A stretch of DNA of 64,000 nt from a virus. Its lineage: Duplodnaviria; Caudoviricetes. Below, one piece after another: positions 62,063-64,000 of the stretch (its first letter is position 1; each line of letters starts with the position of its first letter). A program made the position numbers and the translations under genes. The notes under the pieces are model-generated. The model had not been told where the DNA came from. It worked only from the letters and a program-made list of their open reading frames with translations, and ran no database searches. The stretch lies in IMG/VR virus record IMGVR_UViG_3300037400_004242; one strand, given 5' to 3'.

Positions 62063-63313
62063 GTGAACGGTATGCAAACTCATTCGGAGATAAAATGTGA
62101 CTTTTGCGGAAAAGAATTTAAATCCGCAGTCTCACTCAAAAATCATATTTTAAAAACCGATGATAGCCAACATCAGTTATTGGCTTTTATTTATAATGAG
62201 TTGAAGTTCAAATGTAAGGAACTAAATTCTTACGTTGAAAAATATCGTGATTTTTTCGATACTGTTACAAAAGAATCTCTTCCGGTGAGTGAACGAGAAC
62301 TATTGAATAAAATCAAAGAGGATATTCAAGCTGAACAAAAACGAAAAGAAGAAAAAAAACAACAGTTAAAATTACAAAGACATTTAAATGATTTAAAACG
62401 CTTACAAGAACTAGAAGAAGAACGCAGTATTCGTAAGCGTTTAGAAAAAGATATGTTTGATAGCTTACCTGAAGCTGATAAACCTGTAAATATTGTGAAT
62501 GAATTTTATAATATGATTCATGATAAATGTTATAATTATACAATTGAAGTAAAACTTATTAAAGCTCTTTATACACAAAAAAAATTTGATGCAGAAACAA
62601 TTCATTTCATTGTAAAATATATGGCAAAAACAGGTTGTTCAAATTTAAGAAGCATTAATTATAAAATTAATGATGCTCTGAATTTCAGAGAAAGCATGAA
62701 ACTTATCAAAACAGAAAATACAATCCCATATTTAATTAAGTATTATTATAAATCTTTACATATGAAAATGAATGTAAAGACATTTATGAAAGAATTAAAT
62801 AAAATTAAATCTTCCATGCTTGCAAATAACTTGACAATGCAACAAGTGAAAAATGTATTGGATGGAATGATTTCGCAAAATAAACGTGTATTGAGTTGGT
62901 TTGATAGTTATGTTTCACAATATGCTGATAAGAATGTAAAGGAAAATCCAATTCATGTTTGTACAGAAAATCGTGAAGTTGATATGAACGTTCATGAAAT
63001 TCTTCGTGGAAAGATGACTTTGGATAAAGTTAGTGATAGAATTAAAAATCAATGCATAGATAAATTGAAAAATGTATTTATGCAAGGCTCTTTTGATAAT
63101 CGTTATAATTATTTTGAATGGGCATATAAGATTAATCTTCCACTAACAAAAGATATGGTAACATTTGCAAATCAGCATAATAATGAACGGAACAATCGTT
63201 TTCAGAAATGGTATGAAAGTATTTGCCTGAAACATGATGATGGATTGATGGTGAAATATAATAATACCATGAAAAATTATAACTTGTGGCTAGAAAAACA
63301 GCAGAAGTTGTGA
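62063..63313 (+). CDS. C2H2 zinc-finger protein, putative replication initiator
   Basis: CDFCGKEFKSAVSLKNHI..H; two helical DnaD-like repeats; directly upstream of DnaC-like gene. Confidence 0.5.
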   Translation: MNGMQTHSEIKCDFCGKEFKSAVSLKNHILKTDDSQHQLLAFIYNELKFKCKELNSYVEKYRDFFDTVTKESLPVSERELLNKIKEDIQAEQKRKEEKKQQLKLQRHLNDLKRLQELEEERSIRKRLEKDMFDSLPEADKPVNIVNEFYNMIHDKCYNYTIEVKLIKALYTQKKFDAETIHFIVKYMAKTGCSNLRSINYKINDALNFRESMKLIKTENTIPYLIKYYYKSLHMKMNVKTFMKELNKIKSSMLANNLTMQQVKNVLDGMISQNKRVLSWFDSYVSQYADKNVKENPIHVCTENREVDMNVHEILRGKMTLDKVSDRIKNQCIDKLKNVFMQGSFDNRYNYFEWAYKINLPLTKDMVTFANQHNNERNNRFQKWYESICLKHDDGLMVKYNNTMKNYNLWLEKQQKL

Positions 63314-63348
63314 TATGATAATGTCATTCGGTAGAGGAAGGAGAAAAC

Positions 63349-64000
63349 TTGCCAATGTTGTTATCAAAGGAAGAACAAGAATTAGAAGTAAAGAAGAATC
63401 GTAGGAGATTTGTACAAACATGTAAAAAATGTGGTGGTACTGGTTTTCTTACGAGAATGAACAATGGATATGAGGAATCATATCCATGTTCTTGTCTTAA
63501 AGTGGTAAAACGTAACGTTAAATTGTTAGATTGGGGAGTACCAAGAAAATTTTTGAATGATAAATGGAACATGGATTTTTTAAAAGAAAAACCATATTAT
63601 CAAGACATTAAAAACTATATTGATAACTTCCAAGAAAATTATGATAATGGGAAAGGATTGTTTTTGTATGGTCCTCAAGGACGAGGAAAAACGACAGTAG
63701 AAAGTATTATCGCAAAAGAAGTTGTCATGATGGTAAATCCTGATACTTTTTCAAAGAAACAAACTTTTAATGTTGCTTTTGCGATGTATGATGATATTGT
63801 TAAAAAACAATTTGATAAAGAACAAAGTCAATTAAAATATTTCCTTTATAAGTCAGATTTGTTAATTATTGATAATGTAGGAAATGAAACAGGGAAAAAT
63901 GAGAAACAATTCTCTCAAAGAATCTTAGAAATGATTCTTAGAAAAAGAGATAATGATTGTTTACCTACGATTTTGTCATCAAATTATAATATTGATGAAA
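63349..64000 (+). CDS. DnaC/IstB-like AAA+ helicase loader (3'-truncated, absent from ORF track)
   Basis: CKKCGGTG..PCSC, GLFLYGPQGRGKT, DLLIIDNVG, LPTILSSN; AAGGAG RBS, start TTG 63349 or ATG 63355. Confidence 0.85.
   Translation, partial: MPMLLSKEEQELEVKKNRRRFVQTCKKCGGTGFLTRMNNGYEESYPCSCLKVVKRNVKLLDWGVPRKFLNDKWNMDFLKEKPYYQDIKNYIDNFQENYDNGKGLFLYGPQGRGKTTVESIIAKEVVMMVNPDTFSKKQTFNVAFAMYDDIVKKQFDKEQSQLKYFLYKSDLLIIDNVGNETGKNEKQFSQRILEMILRKRDNDCLPTILSSNYNIDE

Noticed and set aside
58-63572. Numerous minus-strand and nested short ORFs in the ORF track (e.g. 14374..14877, 33211..33798, 42275..42664, 63324..63572)
   Set aside because: Shadows of long + strand genes, lacking RBS and with antisense-type composition
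1-64000. Stop-codon reassignment as in some large gut phages
   Set aside because: Genes up to 6 kb are uninterrupted in code 11 and coding density is high

Overview
AT-rich (~30% GC), almost entirely +strand segment of a large lytic myophage, probably infecting a Firmicute (inferred from GGAGG/GGTGA ribosome-binding sites, sigma-A promoters and Firmicute-type IS200/605 RNAs). Bases 1-58.4 kb are a virion morphogenesis operon: small head-associated proteins, a zinc-finger neck protein, tail terminator, sheath, two tube paralogs, two tail assembly chaperones, THREE tandem ~2,000-aa tape-measure-like paralogs with different C-terminal cargo, tube initiator, hub, spike, gp25-, J- and I-like baseplate proteins and fibre/receptor-binding-like proteins. 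From 58.8 kb a replication block begins (PC4-like SSB, MerR HTH, intein-containing SF2 helicase, C2H2-finger protein, DnaC-like ATPase). Selfish elements: two multi-module HNH-like genes, a Vsr-like homing endonuclease, a class 3 intein and two protein-less omega-RNA loci (one TnpB-type, one IscB/HEARO-type with its own promoter and 3' hairpin). Best candidates for new biology are a hetero-oligomeric, division-of-labour tape measure, the orphan omega-RNAs, a recurring TTATTT-N6-TAGA late-promoter-like motif and a shared MK(K)RL..A leader. All product calls come from motif recognition and synteny; no database search was run.
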